From: Tubulanus polymorphus
Taxonomy: Eukaryota; Animalia; Nemertea
Reading direction: 5' to 3'
Assembly: GCF_964204645.1 (NCBI RefSeq)
Contig: NC_134028.1
Coordinates: 18,297,653 to 18,361,652, forward strand
Length of the DNA stretch: 64,000 bases
The notes below the pieces were generated by a model. It saw nothing but the letters and a program-made list of their open reading frames with translations, ran no database searches and was not told the origin of the DNA. Positions 26,581-40,300 of this stretch are shown in pieces. How positions within the stretch are numbered: position 1 is the stretch's first letter; each line of letters opens with the position of its first letter. The translations under genes were made by a program, and so were the position numbers.

Positions 26581-27423
26581 TGCTGAAAAGTCTGAAACGC
26601 GTTTCTAGTGTACTGTAAAAGCTGGGGAATAAGTTGAATTTTCAACACCCAACTTTATATCTTTAAAATATTGACCTAGACTAATGGCGAATATACTTAG
26701 TATCTACTTTGTATTTTCAGGTTACAAGAAATAGAGAAATAGTGATCAACAAAGTTTTATTACAAATTTTATAAATTGGAAAAGACAGTGCTCTTAATTC
26801 TCACTGGTATAATAGTTTAAATGATCATTCATAATAGCTAAAATGTCTATTGATATCCATTGATTACCACACAGAGACAATCGAACTGATGCATACATGA
26901 CAAGGCATATAAACAAAGTAATAAATCAAACAACACCGATACCAGTTAATAGAAGGCTTAATCATTCTTTTCAGAGTAGGGTGGATATACAATCAATTCC
27001 TGGTTGTTCGCCACTATTGACACCTTTACATTTTTGTGGCAGATAAGTGGCAACTAAGAATTGACTTTGTCAAAATCATGAATTTCGCGGAAAAAGTAAC
27101 CTCGACTTGACCAGGTAGTCATACAGGTTTTTACCGTAGATGGTACATGTATGTTTAGTGCAGTAAGGTGATTAATCCATACATTACAAATGGAGAATGA
27201 AATAGGTTTATGATATTCATTTGAAGGAACTTCTATAATGAAATCTTTAAATAGGAATTGTCTGTAAGTCTATAACATTGATAGGGTATAGGGGAACTTG
27301 AGCTGATCTTAATATCTACGTTGCAAACAAGAGAACTTTGAATAGATGTTTAATGCAAAAGTACATGTTATATGTTGATTAATGATGGTATCATCTTTGG
27401 ATCAATCTGACAACTGTACTTAC

Positions 27424-27630
27424 TGTAACAGTGGATAGTTTTGTTTCTTTAAGCACTAATTCTTTGTGAAAACTATCTTGCTTTAATGTTATAGATGTTA
27501 AGCTGATACGATCTCCTGAAGTAAATTGCTCGTTTGTCACATGCTTCTCACCAGAAGTATCGGTCAAGACTATATTTCTTACTGTAGCATTAGCTTTAGA
27601 CGGAGAAGAGACATTCTTCGGCTGTTCGTC
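27424..27630 (-). pseudogene. exon encoding an OB-fold-like (RPA-like) segment
   Basis: TTTCTTGTAG acceptor and GTAAGT donor bound 69 open codons including VRNIVLTDTSG; neighbouring exon-like pieces are degraded. Confidence 0.35.
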
Positions 27631-27966
27631 CTACAAGAAATGAAGTTCCATTCATAATCAAACCTTTTTTCAAGATTGACTATTTCATAATTGCCATCAA
27701 TTACAATTAATAGATCAAACACATAAACAACTTATTAAGCAAGTGGATCATGCCAGTAATCCAATTAACTAACCCACAAGGCATAATGGAAAACTCGCAG
27801 ATCTCATCAATGATCTAGCAGAATCAAACTGCTGCCAATAGCTACTTTCAGTGACTTAATATGAACTAAAAGAGAAATCACTCACCTGGTCCAGAAGAGC
27901 GGTCAATGATACCAGCTTAGATGACTCTCCCTGATGTTTTATGGCCTGAATGGTCATATCAACAGC

Positions 27967-28373
27967 AGTAATAGGGGTTTAGTTGTTCTATACCAAAGGT
28001 CGAACGGTCGAGCTCATTAAAAACAAAATATTAAAAGTAATTTAAAACTATAATATATTTTCATAGCCGTGTGTATTTTATATTATTACTAAATATTTAT
28101 TCTAAGATATTAATAATTTAAATTTTAAAAGCATATTGTATTAAATCAATTGGTCGCTCCGCTTCGCTAAAGCTCCGCTCCGCGACCAATTGATTTATTT
28201 ACAATACACAAATTCATATAATCAAATATATTCATAATAATAATTATTCTATTATTTAACTAAAATACACACGGTTATGAAAATATATTATAGTTTTAAA
28301 TTACTTTTAATATTTGTTTTTAATGAGCTCGACCATTCAACCTTTAGTATAGAACAACTAAACCCCTATTACT
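27967..28373. repeat. E2 terminal fold-back palindrome, variant arms
   Basis: GGGGTTTAGTTGTTCTATAC paired with GTATAGAACAACTAAACCCC. Confidence 0.95.
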
Positions 28374-28644
28374 CTTAAAATATTTATATACATGAATAAA
28401 ATATATATGAATAACATATAAATTGATAGATTATTCAATATAAAAGTGTTAGTAAAAAAGTAACGAGTAATTAACGAGCTCTTATAGAATAGATATATAG
28501 ATATATTTTAAACATATTTCAATATTTATATTTGTATGAGTTAGATTTTTAAACATTAAAAGTGTTAGTAAAGTGTGATTGAAATAATTCATATTTAAAT
28601 CATTGAACTTCTAAAATCAATTTAAAAAAAGATTTAGTAGTTAA

Positions 28645-31600
28645 ATGGAAGTACTACTGTTCAACATGTAATATCAATATAGATAAATCCCAAAAAGCAA
28701 GACACAATAAAACTAAAACACATTTAGAGAATAAATTGAAATTAGAATATGAAGATGATATATTAGAAACTAAATTAGATGAATTAAAGAATGAAAAAGA
28801 AACATACAAATGTGATACATGTAATCAATCATTCAGTGATAAAAGATATTATAAAGAACATTTAAAATCTAAAAGTCATATTAGAATTAAGAATAATGAT
28901 ATTTTAGGTGAGGATGATTTTGATAATGATAACGATAAGAAACATAAGACAATTAAAACAATAAGAAATAAATTAAACAATAAAAGACCATACATGGAAG
29001 ATGTAAGAAATTATATTAATTCATTAGATAATAAAAAAGTTATAGAGATAACAGAAGCATTTAAAAGTGATATTGGTCCAGCAGCTATTGAGTTTAAATT
29101 TCATAAAGGAAAAACATTAGAAGAAAATAAAAAACATTTAGAAAATATGAAAAATATTTTAAAAATAATTACAGATGTTGAATATCCTAAAATTAGTATA
29201 TCTTCTAAAGTAAAGTTTATAAAATCTGAAGATAAACCAATATATAGTATAAATTCTCATTCACAACATATTATATCTAAACAACATATAGATGAAAAAT
29301 TAGATACATGTTATAATGAAGTAAAAACTAAAATAGAAGAGAAATATTTTGAAGGATCAGGTTAAATATTTGATGAAATAATATTTATGACTTTACATGT
29401 TTATAACACAAAATATAATAAGTTAACTAAATCAAAACCAATAGATGAAAATAATGTATCATATTATAAAGAACCAGATATTGAAGCATCGAGTTATATT
29501 AAACTACCATTTAAAACTAATGCTGTTATAAATGTACAAAATTTTGATGATAAATGTTTTCTAGGGACAATTATAAGTTGCTTACATCCAACAGAAGATA
29601 TTACACGTAGTTTTAGATTAACACATTATAAACCATTTGAAAATAATTATAAGATAGATAATTATCCTGTTAGAATTAAAATATCCCAAAAATAGAAAGA
29701 GATAATAATCTAAGAATAAATGTATTTGATTTAATCAAATTGCCAAATACAAAAGGTAACAATATAAAACATTATACATTAGAACCTTTATATTTATAAA
29801 AAGATTATGATTCAAACGATGTTATAGATATATTATATTATGAAAATCATTATATGTGGATTAAAAGAATTGATTTATTTTTCAAATCAGAAAGTGATTT
29901 TGATAATAAAATATATCTATGTAGAAAATGTTTACATAAATTCACAACTGAAAGTGCATTATTAAATCATAAACAATTATGTGAAAATCATGATTATTGT
30001 AAATTAGTTTTACCAAATGAAAATGATAAAATATTAGAATTCAAAAAATATGATTACAAAAATAAAGTACCATTTGTTATATATGGAGATTTTGAAACAT
30101 TAAATAAAGAATTAACTGATCAAGATAGAAAAGAAATATATTACAAAAAAAAGAAATTAAATTCAAATGAAAATAATATAATTGATTATTCAGATCCCCC
30201 AAAAACAAATACTATTAAAAAGATTCATCAATCAGCTGCAGCTTTTGGATTATATATTAAATCTGATTATCCAGAACTAATTAAAAGTGAATATTATCAT
30301 TATAGAAATGAAAATGTTATCAATCATTTTTGTGACTTATTAATTGAATATGAAATAAAATTTAATGGAAAGTTAAATAAAAATATAGAAATAATTATGA
30401 CAGAAGAAAATAAAGAAGAATTTGAGTTTGCTGATTATTGTATTATTGTGAAAAGATATTTAATTATAAAGATCAAAAAGTGAGAGACCATGATCATTTG
30501 AATGGAAAGTTTAGAGGCGCAGCGCATGAGAATTGTAACTTACAAGCTAAGAAAATCAATTTTGTTCCAGTAATATTTCATAATTTATCAGGATATGACG
30601 CACATTTATTTATCAAACAGTTATGCCATAAGATAGAAGAAATCAATAATGAAATAGAAAGATTAAATTCAAATAGATCAAAAGATAAAATACCAACTTA
30701 TAAATTTAAAATGTTAGCTAAAACATCTGAGAATTATATATCATTCCAATTTGGGTGTCTAAGATTTATAGATTCATATAGATTTTTAAGCAGTTCATTA
30801 GATGATTTATCAAAATCATTAGTTGATGATGATTTCCAATTAATGAGATATACAGGTGCAATTCCATATTCTTTCTATAAAAATCATAATGATTTTAACA
30901 TAACTGAATTATTGAAAGAACAATTCTATGATGAATTAAAAAATGAATATGTTAAAGATGAAGTATATAATAGAACATTGAATATTAGGAATCATTTCAA
31001 AATAGAAAATCATGGACAATTAGTAGATTTATATTTGAAATCAGATGTATTATTATTATCGGATATATTTGAAAGGTTTGGAGATGTAAACCTAAAATAT
31101 TTTAACATTGATCCTTGTCATTGTTATTCTAGTCCAGGTTTAACATGGGATTGTGGTTTAAAATTTACAGATATAAAAATGGATTTGTTAACAAATATAG
31201 ATCTATTATTATTATTTGAAAAATCTATAAGAGGAGGAGTTTCAGGTGTATTAGGCGATAGATATTTCAATGTAAATGATAACCCCGGATATAAGTTATT
31301 ATATATAGATGCAAATAATTTGTATGGTTGGGCAATGATGGAACCACAACCTTATGGAGTATTTGAAATAAGTGAAGTTTTACAACATGAAAGTAATGAT
31401 AAATTTGATTGGAAGAAAAGAATCCTAGATATTGCAGATGATTCAGGTACTGGTTACTTCTTTGTTGTAGATTTAGAATATCCTGAACATATTAAATTTA
31501 AATCTAGAAATCTAGCATACTGCCCAGAACATAAAACTGTAACTCATGAAGAATTATCAAATTACCAAAAAAGAATTAAACCCGAAAATCACATTCATAC

Positions 31601-32642
31601 AGAAAAGTTAATGGTAACTCAAGAAGATAAATATAATTATGTAGTACATTATAGAATGTTAAAAGTTTTATCTAAAACAAGGATTGATCCTAAAAAAGTA
31701 CATAGATATATTTCATTTAGTCAATCTAAGTGGTTAGAAAAATATATAGATTTTAACACCAAACAGAGAACTGAAGCTAAAACTGATTTCGAGAAAGATT
31801 TCTTCAAGTTAATGAATAATGCATTCTATGGTAAGACTTGTGAAAATATTAGAAATAGAAATGATATTGAGTTAGTTAGTAATGGCAAAAGGATAAGGCA
31901 TTTACAAACATATCCTAAGTTTTTAGGTAACAGAATATTTGATGAAAATTTTGCTGCAGTTAAAATGAGAAGAACTTCTATGAAATTTAATAAATCAATC
32001 TATGTTGGTGCTTCAGTTTTAGAAATATCAAAGCTATTGATGTATGAATTCTATTATAATGTATTACAACCTCATTTTGGAGAAAAACATATAGAAATCT
32101 TATATTTTGATACTGACAGTTACATATTAAAGATAAAAACTAATAACATAACTGATGATTTAAAAACATTAAAACATCATTTTGATTTCAGTAATTATCC
32201 TAAAGATCATGAATTGTTTAGCAATGATAATAAAAAGCGACCCAGTAAATTCAAAGATGAATTAGGTGGTGAAGGAATGATTGAAATCATTGGTATTAGA
32301 TCCAAAATGTATTCATATAAAACTAAAACTCATGAATCAAAGAAATTGAAAGGAATAACCAAAAGTGTAGTAGAATAGAATATTCATTTCAAAGATTACA
32401 TCAATTGTATATTCAATGAAGAAGTTAGAAAACATAAGTTGAAATGTTTAAGATCTGAAGATCATGAAATGTTTATTGAAGAAATTGAAAAGATTAGTCT
32501 AAACCCATTTGATGATAAAAGATATACTTTAGATGATGGAATTCATACAGTTGCATATGGTTGCAATTTAGATGAATACTTAAAATTTAAAAGAGAAGAA
32601 ACAAAAGAGAACGAGATAATGAAAAGAATTCTAACGTGTTAA
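28645..32642 (+). pseudogene. pPolB, E2, full length but with stops and frameshifts
   Basis: All polymerase motifs present: YIDANNLYG, KLMNNAFYGK, YFDTDS, KGI; split over ORFs 28736, 29387, 29854, 30438, 32439. Confidence 0.96.
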
Positions 32643-32671
32643 TCAAATTTTTATAAAAATATGTATTATAA

Positions 32672-33025
32672 ATGGAGAGTAAACAAGCACACGGTGAGAA
32701 CAACAAATTAGTTCTTGATAGAATAAAAGATACTTCAAATGTCAAATCAGTAGATTATAGATTTAAGAAGTTAAAAGAATTAATAATCCATAAGAAATAT
32801 CTAATTACAAATATTGTTACAGTTACTAACAAATATGGAGATAAATTAGTTCTACACTTAGAATATGAAGGATTAAAAAGAAATACATATAAATTCAGAA
32901 CATATTTACCAGATAGATTTCATAGATTATCAAGTGAAGATTTAGAAGAATTATGTTCTGGTGATTACTATTTCGTATACAAAGGTAAGAATGAAAAATG
33001 GCACCACGAAATAGATTTCGAATAA
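32672..33025 (+). CDS. Polinton small conserved protein, possibly OB-fold ssDNA-binding (117 aa)
   Basis: Ortholog of E3 56618-56959; beta-rich pattern TNKYG..YLPDRF..VYKG; function is a guess. Confidence 0.65.
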   Translation: MESKQAHGENNKLVLDRIKDTSNVKSVDYRFKKLKELIIHKKYLITNIVTVTNKYGDKLVLHLEYEGLKRNTYKFRTYLPDRFHRLSSEDLEELCSGDYYFVYKGKNEKWHHEIDFE

Positions 33026-33042
33026 GAAAATATGTAAAATAA

Positions 33043-33796
33043 ATGGCGGAATTAAAAGAATACAGAATATTTGTTGATTCAAGAAAACTTACAAATTATA
33101 AATCTCATAATTTACCAATACAAATAGATAGAGAATTCAAGAATTGTGTTGATTTAGAATTAGTTAATATAAGTTTATGTAATTCTTTTCATAATATATC
33201 GAATAAAAGTCTTGATCATTTAGCTTTTAAAATTTATGTTAGAAATTTGAATAAATGGTTTCATCTTTATCTAAAACCAGGATTATATAATTTAGAAACA
33301 TTAGCGCAAGAAATTAATAAAAGAGCTCGTTTAAAAATGGGCTCAGCTCCTCGATTTGAAATTAAATTTATCAAAAGTGATAGTTAACTTTATTCTTACT
33401 ATTCGAACTAATGAACAACATAGATTTCTAGTAAGAAAACCTTTAGCTAAACTGTTTGGAATTCTTCCGGATAGACATTATTCAAGTATTGAAACTTATA
33501 CAAATATAATGACTTTTACACATTTTTATATTTATTGCAATTTAATTAATCCTACAAAAACATTTGAAGCAACTAAAGATACAATTTGTAATTCTAGTAT
33601 ATTAGATATTTTACCATTAAAAAATGTTAAACAATTTGGAACGCAAATAAATTATAATTTAGCTGAATGTGATTTTAAACCTTGTATTCCTCAATTTAAT
33701 AATTTTAAATTAGAAATAAGATATCATAATGGATATTTAATTGATTTCAATAACTTTCCTGTGATATATGAATTAGTTATAAGATGTAGAGAATAA
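33043..33796 (+). pseudogene. minor capsid (penton) protein, E2, frameshifted
   Basis: Two ORFs (33043, 33356) match the two halves of E3 55845-56600. Confidence 0.8.
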
Positions 33797-33872
33797 TTTT
33801 TTCACTATATAAAAGAATATAACTGTTGGGCAGAGTATATGTTTTGGGTTTGATTTTAAACGTGAGAAAGAA

Positions 33873-34172
33873 ATGAAATTTAACATTAATGATGTAATTA
33901 CACATATCAAAAATATTGTATTTTCTAATGAAACAACATTTGAGTATGAAACAACAATAGATAAAGAAACTTTAAATGTAGAAAAGATTACTAATTTAAT
34001 TAGAGAATCTTTAAGATTTTATGAATTAGATGAAGATTTTATCATCGATGATATTAAAAAAATAATAATTGAAATATATACAACTGAAACTAGTAATGAA
34101 ATACATGTTGAAATAATTATCACTAAGATAACTAAATATTTTGACGATAGTAATTTTTTGATAAATAAATGA
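33873..34172 (+). CDS. Polinton acidic hypothetical protein (99 aa)
   Basis: Near-identical to E3 55470-55766. Confidence 0.7.
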   Translation: MKFNINDVITHIKNIVFSNETTFEYETTIDKETLNVEKITNLIRESLRFYELDEDFIIDDIKKIIIEIYTTETSNEIHVEIIITKITKYFDDSNFLINK

Positions 34173-34390
34173 GTGATAATAAGTGGATAATAGGTGGATT
34201 ACATAATGGAGCATTACTATCAGTTGGAACTGTTGGTTATTCAGTGGTATTAAAAAAAGTATTTAAAATGGTAAGTGTTAATGTTGATAGATTTGATATA
34301 AATGATATTTTAAAATTAACGTTAGCAGTTACTTTATCTAATTTAACTAGTGATTATTTAGAAAAACAAAAATATATTCCTCCCATATAA
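34169..34390 (+). CDS. Polinton small hydrophobic protein (73 aa)
   Basis: Near-identical to E3 55248-55469; TAAATG start. Confidence 0.75.
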   Translation: MSDNKWIIGGLHNGALLSVGTVGYSVVLKKVFKMVSVNVDRFDINDILKLTLAVTLSNLTSDYLEKQKYIPPI

Positions 34391-35294
34391 ATGCATAATT
34401 ATTTTACTAAATAAATGGCTTCTGCAGTTATAACTATTATAGGATCGGCAATTATTACCCCCCTCCACCCCAATTTCAAATGCAAAGTTCAATGTTACCA
34501 CAGGATTGACTGGTAAGATTAAAAATGCCAGACTTAATCTCTCGATGAGATCTTCCTGACCAATTACTGATTGGGACCAGGTCAGCAGCCACTTCTTTGA
34601 AAGCATATTTCGCTTTCTTCCTTTTACTTCTCAGATTATCATGTCGGTGAGCTTCTGGGCCATTGGTCCTTTATTGTTTTCTTTTTTGGGTTTGCCAACC
34701 CATCTATGGCATCGTCGTCATGTTTGCCTGTCTGTCTGTTTGTCTGTATGTTTCGTTATGACACGATTTAAGCTGTTAGTGTGGACTGATTATTCTGTAA
34801 ATTAGCACATATATTCTGCACTCGATGTAAATGGTGCAGCTTAGTTTATATTTGATTCTGATGTTTATAAGTGCTCAAATTTGGTTATAGATTAATCAAC
34901 GTTACTCGTTAGATCAAGCCGTTGTAGGGCGTTGCCACAATACACTCGCATGTAATACGGAACACGTACATAGAGATATTGATCGTACGCGCTGATCAAG
35001 TCTAATGCCTCGCCATCAGCACCTTTAATGAGTACGGGAGCTTCAATCAAAGTCGCGAGAAATATTGGTGACGAATTCAAAGTATTATTACATATTCCAC
35101 TAAACAAACAGTTTTTTGATGAAAATATCATTTAACACCATATAATGTCAGCGCACCAGGGCCCACCAGCGTTTTTGCGGGTGAAAACCACACCCAGTAA
35201 TACAGAGATCCGTAGTCTGAGCAACGCTGAAAACGGTTCTTAAGTAATTAGATATGGTATAAAGTGTCATCAGTTTAACTCGTTTTTATGTCCT

Positions 35295-37380
35295 TATTGA
35301 TGATGATAATAATAATAATAATAATAATCGTCTCTTATATAGAGCACTATTCCAGGGACGAGGTCCATGTTCACTGCGCCGTCTCTCCATATGCCCTCAC
35401 AAATAAAAAGGACTTCAGGGAAGGTTTGAACTGATCGATATTGTCTATAAGTTTGATTTTGTGTGGTAACAGATTCCACAATTTAGCACCATACACTGTG
35501 ACAAGACATGATTTTGTCCTCCTTAAATCAACGACTAAACCAGATGACGATCTGGTGGTTCTCGCAGACTGTTTCAGAACAATGAGGTCTTTAAGGTATT
35601 TAGGAGCCGCACCATGGATACACTTAAATACTTGAAGTGCAATCTTATAGTCAATCCTTTCTCTGACTGGCAACCAGTGAAGCTCACGTAATGTTAGTGT
35701 GATGTGTTGAAACTTCTTAACCTTGCACACAACTCGTGCAGCTGAGTTTTGCACACGTTGGAGTGGAGCTAACATGTTGCTGGGAAGGCCAGCTAAGATT
35801 CCATTATTACAGTTGAGTCGCAAAGTTACAAATGCATGTATCAACTGCTCGGTACTCGACCTGTCGAGTTATTTTCTAAGGCGGCCGATACGGTACAGAT
35901 TTGCAAACGCCGATTTGCGAACAGACTTTGCATGCATGTCCATTTTCACATGTTTATCAATAATGACACCGAGATCTTTAACACCGTCTGACGTTGGTAT
36001 CCAAACACCATCAACACAGATACCAGTCACGGAACCGATTCTATGCGACGATACTAGATTAACGACATCAGTCTTCGGAGCATTTAGGGATAGTTTATTT
36101 TCGAACAGCCAACTCTTAATCTCACCGACCCAGTGTTCTACAATCGAAACCATTTCCATGGTCTCTTTCCTATCTCTGCACTTTGCAGCAGACTCAAGTT
36201 GATTGTCATCTGCATACAGTTGGTACTGGACATCCTTTTTACGCATCACATCACCTAATGGGATGGTATAAATGGTAAAAAGTATAGGTCCAATCACGGA
36301 CCCCTGCAGAACTCCGCACTCTACAGGTGTAGGACGTTAACATTCATTAGCAACCATTACAGACTGCATCCTCTCAGACAGGTTAGAGGCAATCCACCGT
36401 AGTACAGAGTCCTTCATGCCGCAGGATCTCCCGAGCCGATTTAACGATATTCTGTGATCGACCGTATCAAAAGCAGCAGACAAGTCCAATAACACCAATA
36501 GGAACTTGTTGCCTTCATCAAGAGAACACAAAATATCATTCATGACACGAAGGAGAACTGTGTCTGTGCTATGGCCTTGTCAGTAAGCCGATTGATTGGG
36601 ATCATAAAGACAATTTGAAGATAAATGCCTCGTGAGGCGAGACGCAGTAATCCGCTCGATTAATTTCGACAGGTATGTTAGATTTGAAACTGGACGATAA
36701 TTAGCGAGACCTTCCTTGTCCAATGTAGGCTTCTTTAGAAGTGGCTTCACTAAAGCAGACTTCAATGCGGTTGGCATTCGACCAGATGATAATGATGTGT
36801 TTACTATTCGCATAAGAACAGGCAACAGCAGATCAACACACTTTTTCAGTAGACTTGTGGGTAATGGGCCAAGGGAGCACCCCTTTGCCGGTAACGAGAG
36901 AATAAAAGTCCTCATTTCAGCCTCTGACGCTGGACTTAAATCGGCGGCACCTCAGCGACTGGTTCAGTCTCCACCTGTATCCCTTCATTGAAGTCTTGAC
37001 GGATCCTGCCTATCTTCTCGTTGAAGAATAGACTAAATCTTTTAGCTAACTGTTGTGGATCAGAATGATCTGGCAGCGGGGAGACAGCATTCTTGCCAAG
37101 GAGATCATTAACTATCCGAAATAAGTCTTTGCTACAACTAGACGTGATCTTGCAACTATAAAAATCAGTTTTCGCTTTCTCTACCAAATGGCAAACTATA
37201 TTCAACTGTGCCCGATAGAGATGGCGATTTATTACGATCCTTTCGCCACTTCCTCTCATTACGATGAATGGCTCTAGCTTCTCTGGTCTCAGGTGTGAAC
37301 CACGGAGCTTTATCCCTCACAACAATAGTACGAGATATTTCTGGAGCATGCTTATCTACTAAAGATCTCAGGATGTTGTC
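35295..37380 (-). mobile_element. CR1/L2-group LINE, 5'-truncated, reverse transcriptase pseudogene
   Basis: [51 protein letters not shown]; 3' (TAT)n tail at ~35295-35327. Confidence 0.92.
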
Positions 37381-40300
37381 ATTCTTCTGCTGGTGAATAT
37401 TGTTTCCTTGTTACTTGGTCAATCATTACACAAGCTATAGGCCCTCAGGGTACAGCTATCAGTTGGCCTTAAGGTTCAGTCTGTGAACAGCTTCAAAACA
37501 CTTGTGTGTTGAATCATGGATGTGAAGTTGTACCCCATGTACTGTGGCCAATTTACTTGGCCTATGTCATGCCTTCTTGGCGATTGTGCCGAGAGCAGAC
37601 TGTATCCAGTGGCCATAGTTAGTATACATACTGACGTTTTACCTTGATAGAATGGTAGTACTTGATAGTACGTGTTACCTTGATTTCATAACATAATTAA
37701 AACATGCATCGCATTACTTTCATTCACTTTTCAAGTTAAAAGCCGAAAACCATCATGGAAAGTTTGTTTCTGGTTATGAAAAGTTAAAAGGCTTGCTGTA
37801 GTGCCCTCGGGGCTCTTGTTGAAGTTTTTGATGGAAATTTTGAAGACGCTTTGGTCAATCATCTTTATCTTTTGTATCAATTTGTACCCCCAAGGGTCCA
37901 TTAGCATGAGAAAAACTGTGGTAAAAAGACTTAAGATGGCCATTCTGTGTGCCCAAAAATGTCAATTTTTTTCCCGAATTCTGAGACCTGTAGCTTCCTC
38001 TTGTTTGCCATTTGCCATTAATCACACAATTGGCGGCCGTCTTACTCATCAGTACTCGTTCGTTGGTGGAAAACGTTTTTTTTTTCAGGCAAATAACAGC
38101 AGGTTTGAACTTTGACACCACCTGCAGAGTCCTAAATACTTTTCTGTGGTGTGAACCAAAACACATTAGGTGGAAAATGTTTTTCCCTTCATACTGACTT
38201 GCACATCCATCTAAATAAATGGACACCACGTTTTTTTAGATGATCATGTACCTTTTTTGTAAACCAATCAACGGCATATTGATCATGTTTTAAGTCATGC
38301 AATAAAAGAAAATACTTTCTTCCCCAGGATCTTGGCAGTTTGGACACCTATAGATAGCGATAGTTGGATGCAGCGTTGCCTGTTTATATTGGCAATACCC
38401 CGACTGTGGTGCATCTTGGCATGTTTTCCTAAAGATCATCATTAGGGCTATCTACATGAATGTTAGATGAACTACTCAATAAGAAAATTCCCTCAGATAC
38501 ACTTGATCTTTGATCAGTCAATTGCTCCATAATCTTCTTGCCATCTGAGTGTCAACAGTCCTTGCACGTTGATAGAGAAAGCTCTTTTTAGCATTGGTTG
38601 ACGTCTATGACGTAATGCCAATGCTAGTAAAATGGATCGAAAATAGTAGTACGAAAAAATAGCACCGACTCTTCTCATTTTCATAGTAACTTCTAATTGT
38701 CACTCCATTCACGTAAAACATTAGAAAACAGCTGAAAATAATGTTTCAATTATTCCCTCCAACATAGCGTCGCCAGATTTCTAATTTAATGGTCCAATAA
38801 ATTGTTCCATGGGTATTTTCTTGTTAGTTGTTTGGTGGATGAGAGGGGGTTAAGTTATCGCATAGTGATATGTCCGCATTGACATTGGCAGTAAAGAATG
38901 GGGAATGGCCTCTTTTGAATAGAAAACCATAGATTTATGTACCCCCAGTATATAAATATCATAGTGTCACAGATATTCCTCCTGTCAGAAGCAATGAGAT
39001 TAATTGGGATTAATTTTCAGTGGCAGAATACGTATTTCTAGAGCAGTTCGACTGGTAGGAAAATAAATGAAAATGAAGACATTATGTATATTTCATTTCA
39101 TTCGGGCTTTAGGGTTGTTCACGCATCTTGTCTTTCAGCATTGTTATAAGTGAAAGTGGTGTATCTGGAAAAGTTTATGAAAATTAAATGATATTAGAGA
39201 TTAAGAAATGCTGTCGTACTTTTAAATGTTTTCATTGTGAAAGCCATAACATTTGTTCCTACGTGCTGATTATTTGGATCAAATAAGAATCTATGGTCCT
39301 GAATCGGTGCTTGTTTGGTCGTAGAATCTAATGTTTGGAACCATCTACTTAGAACTACGGCCTGCGTACCTACAGCGAACAAGCTCAACATTCAACTGAT
39401 AATATTCGTTTCTGAAGTTCGCAAAAAGTCGATTGACCTCGATAGCGGAAGTTTGCCTAGATGTTCTCTTTTTTCCCCACTTGATTCCGATTGCCGCTGC
39501 AGGTTGCAGCCTGTCAACTGTATCATGAAATAATTTCTGGTGAAATAGCCTGCAAATAAAGGGATTCAAACCTAACTCAGTGCATCGATCGGTCCGGTGC
39601 CTTGTCGGACAGAAGTGAGGATCCCCACGGGAAAACCCGGTTATTATTTATAGTGAAAATGAAGAAATTCCGTGTTTTTAGAAAATTCTGCGATTCCTTT
39701 GTTCCGCGTTATGACAACACCGCAGAAAACCCTATTGATATTCGCATGATTTATTCTTTTTTTCCCTTTTCCACTCTATTTTTGTCGAAAGTACATAGGG
39801 TTTTTTACCTAACCGCTGTTTCCGAAACAATCCAATATCCTTTAGCTCACTTTGATCTACAAAAAACAATCTGGTCCAATCATCCATCGTTTCAAGTAAG
39901 CCCAATTGACTGTGTGTGGACCTTCCTTTTATGTGTTGACCATTGAACAGGAGTCTGAATTCCCTTCATTTTCACAGCAGTGGGGCTTCGTCAGCATACA
40001 CGCATTCGTTGGTCGACTCATTAGTAAATGAACAAACCAATAGGAATAGTCTTGGGAAACCAAGATCCAAACGACGTACGTAAAGCCAAACAAACAAAAA
40101 GACAAACAAACAATCATCAGCCAACGCCGGCATCGCTCTCTGCGACGTTTTGCATGCGTACATGCATCAGAGCTTTGAGCTCTAAGATCAGAGGGTCTTG
40201 CAATTGCATTCAGAAAAATCGTTCTGTTTTTGTTTTCATTATTCAGTGGGGCCTAACAGTTCATGCGTAAAAATGGGTTTTTGTATCCAAATCTTGATTG

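Larger units (their letters stand above)
27967..34457 (+). mobile_element. Maverick/Polinton E2, right half missing
   Basis: Starts AGTAATAGGGG with palindromic TIR; pPolB, penton and small ORFs colinear with E3; homology ends abruptly ~34457 with no right TIR. Confidence 0.94.

Noticed and set aside
32688-32715. GCACACGGTG in the E2 117-aa gene as a fourth micro-element copy
   Set aside because: Aligns to GTACACAGTG in E3 and lacks the 16-bp palindrome.
34458-34700. Possible right end of E2
   Set aside because: No CCCCTATTACT terminus or AACAGC target duplication seen; E2 is simply truncated.
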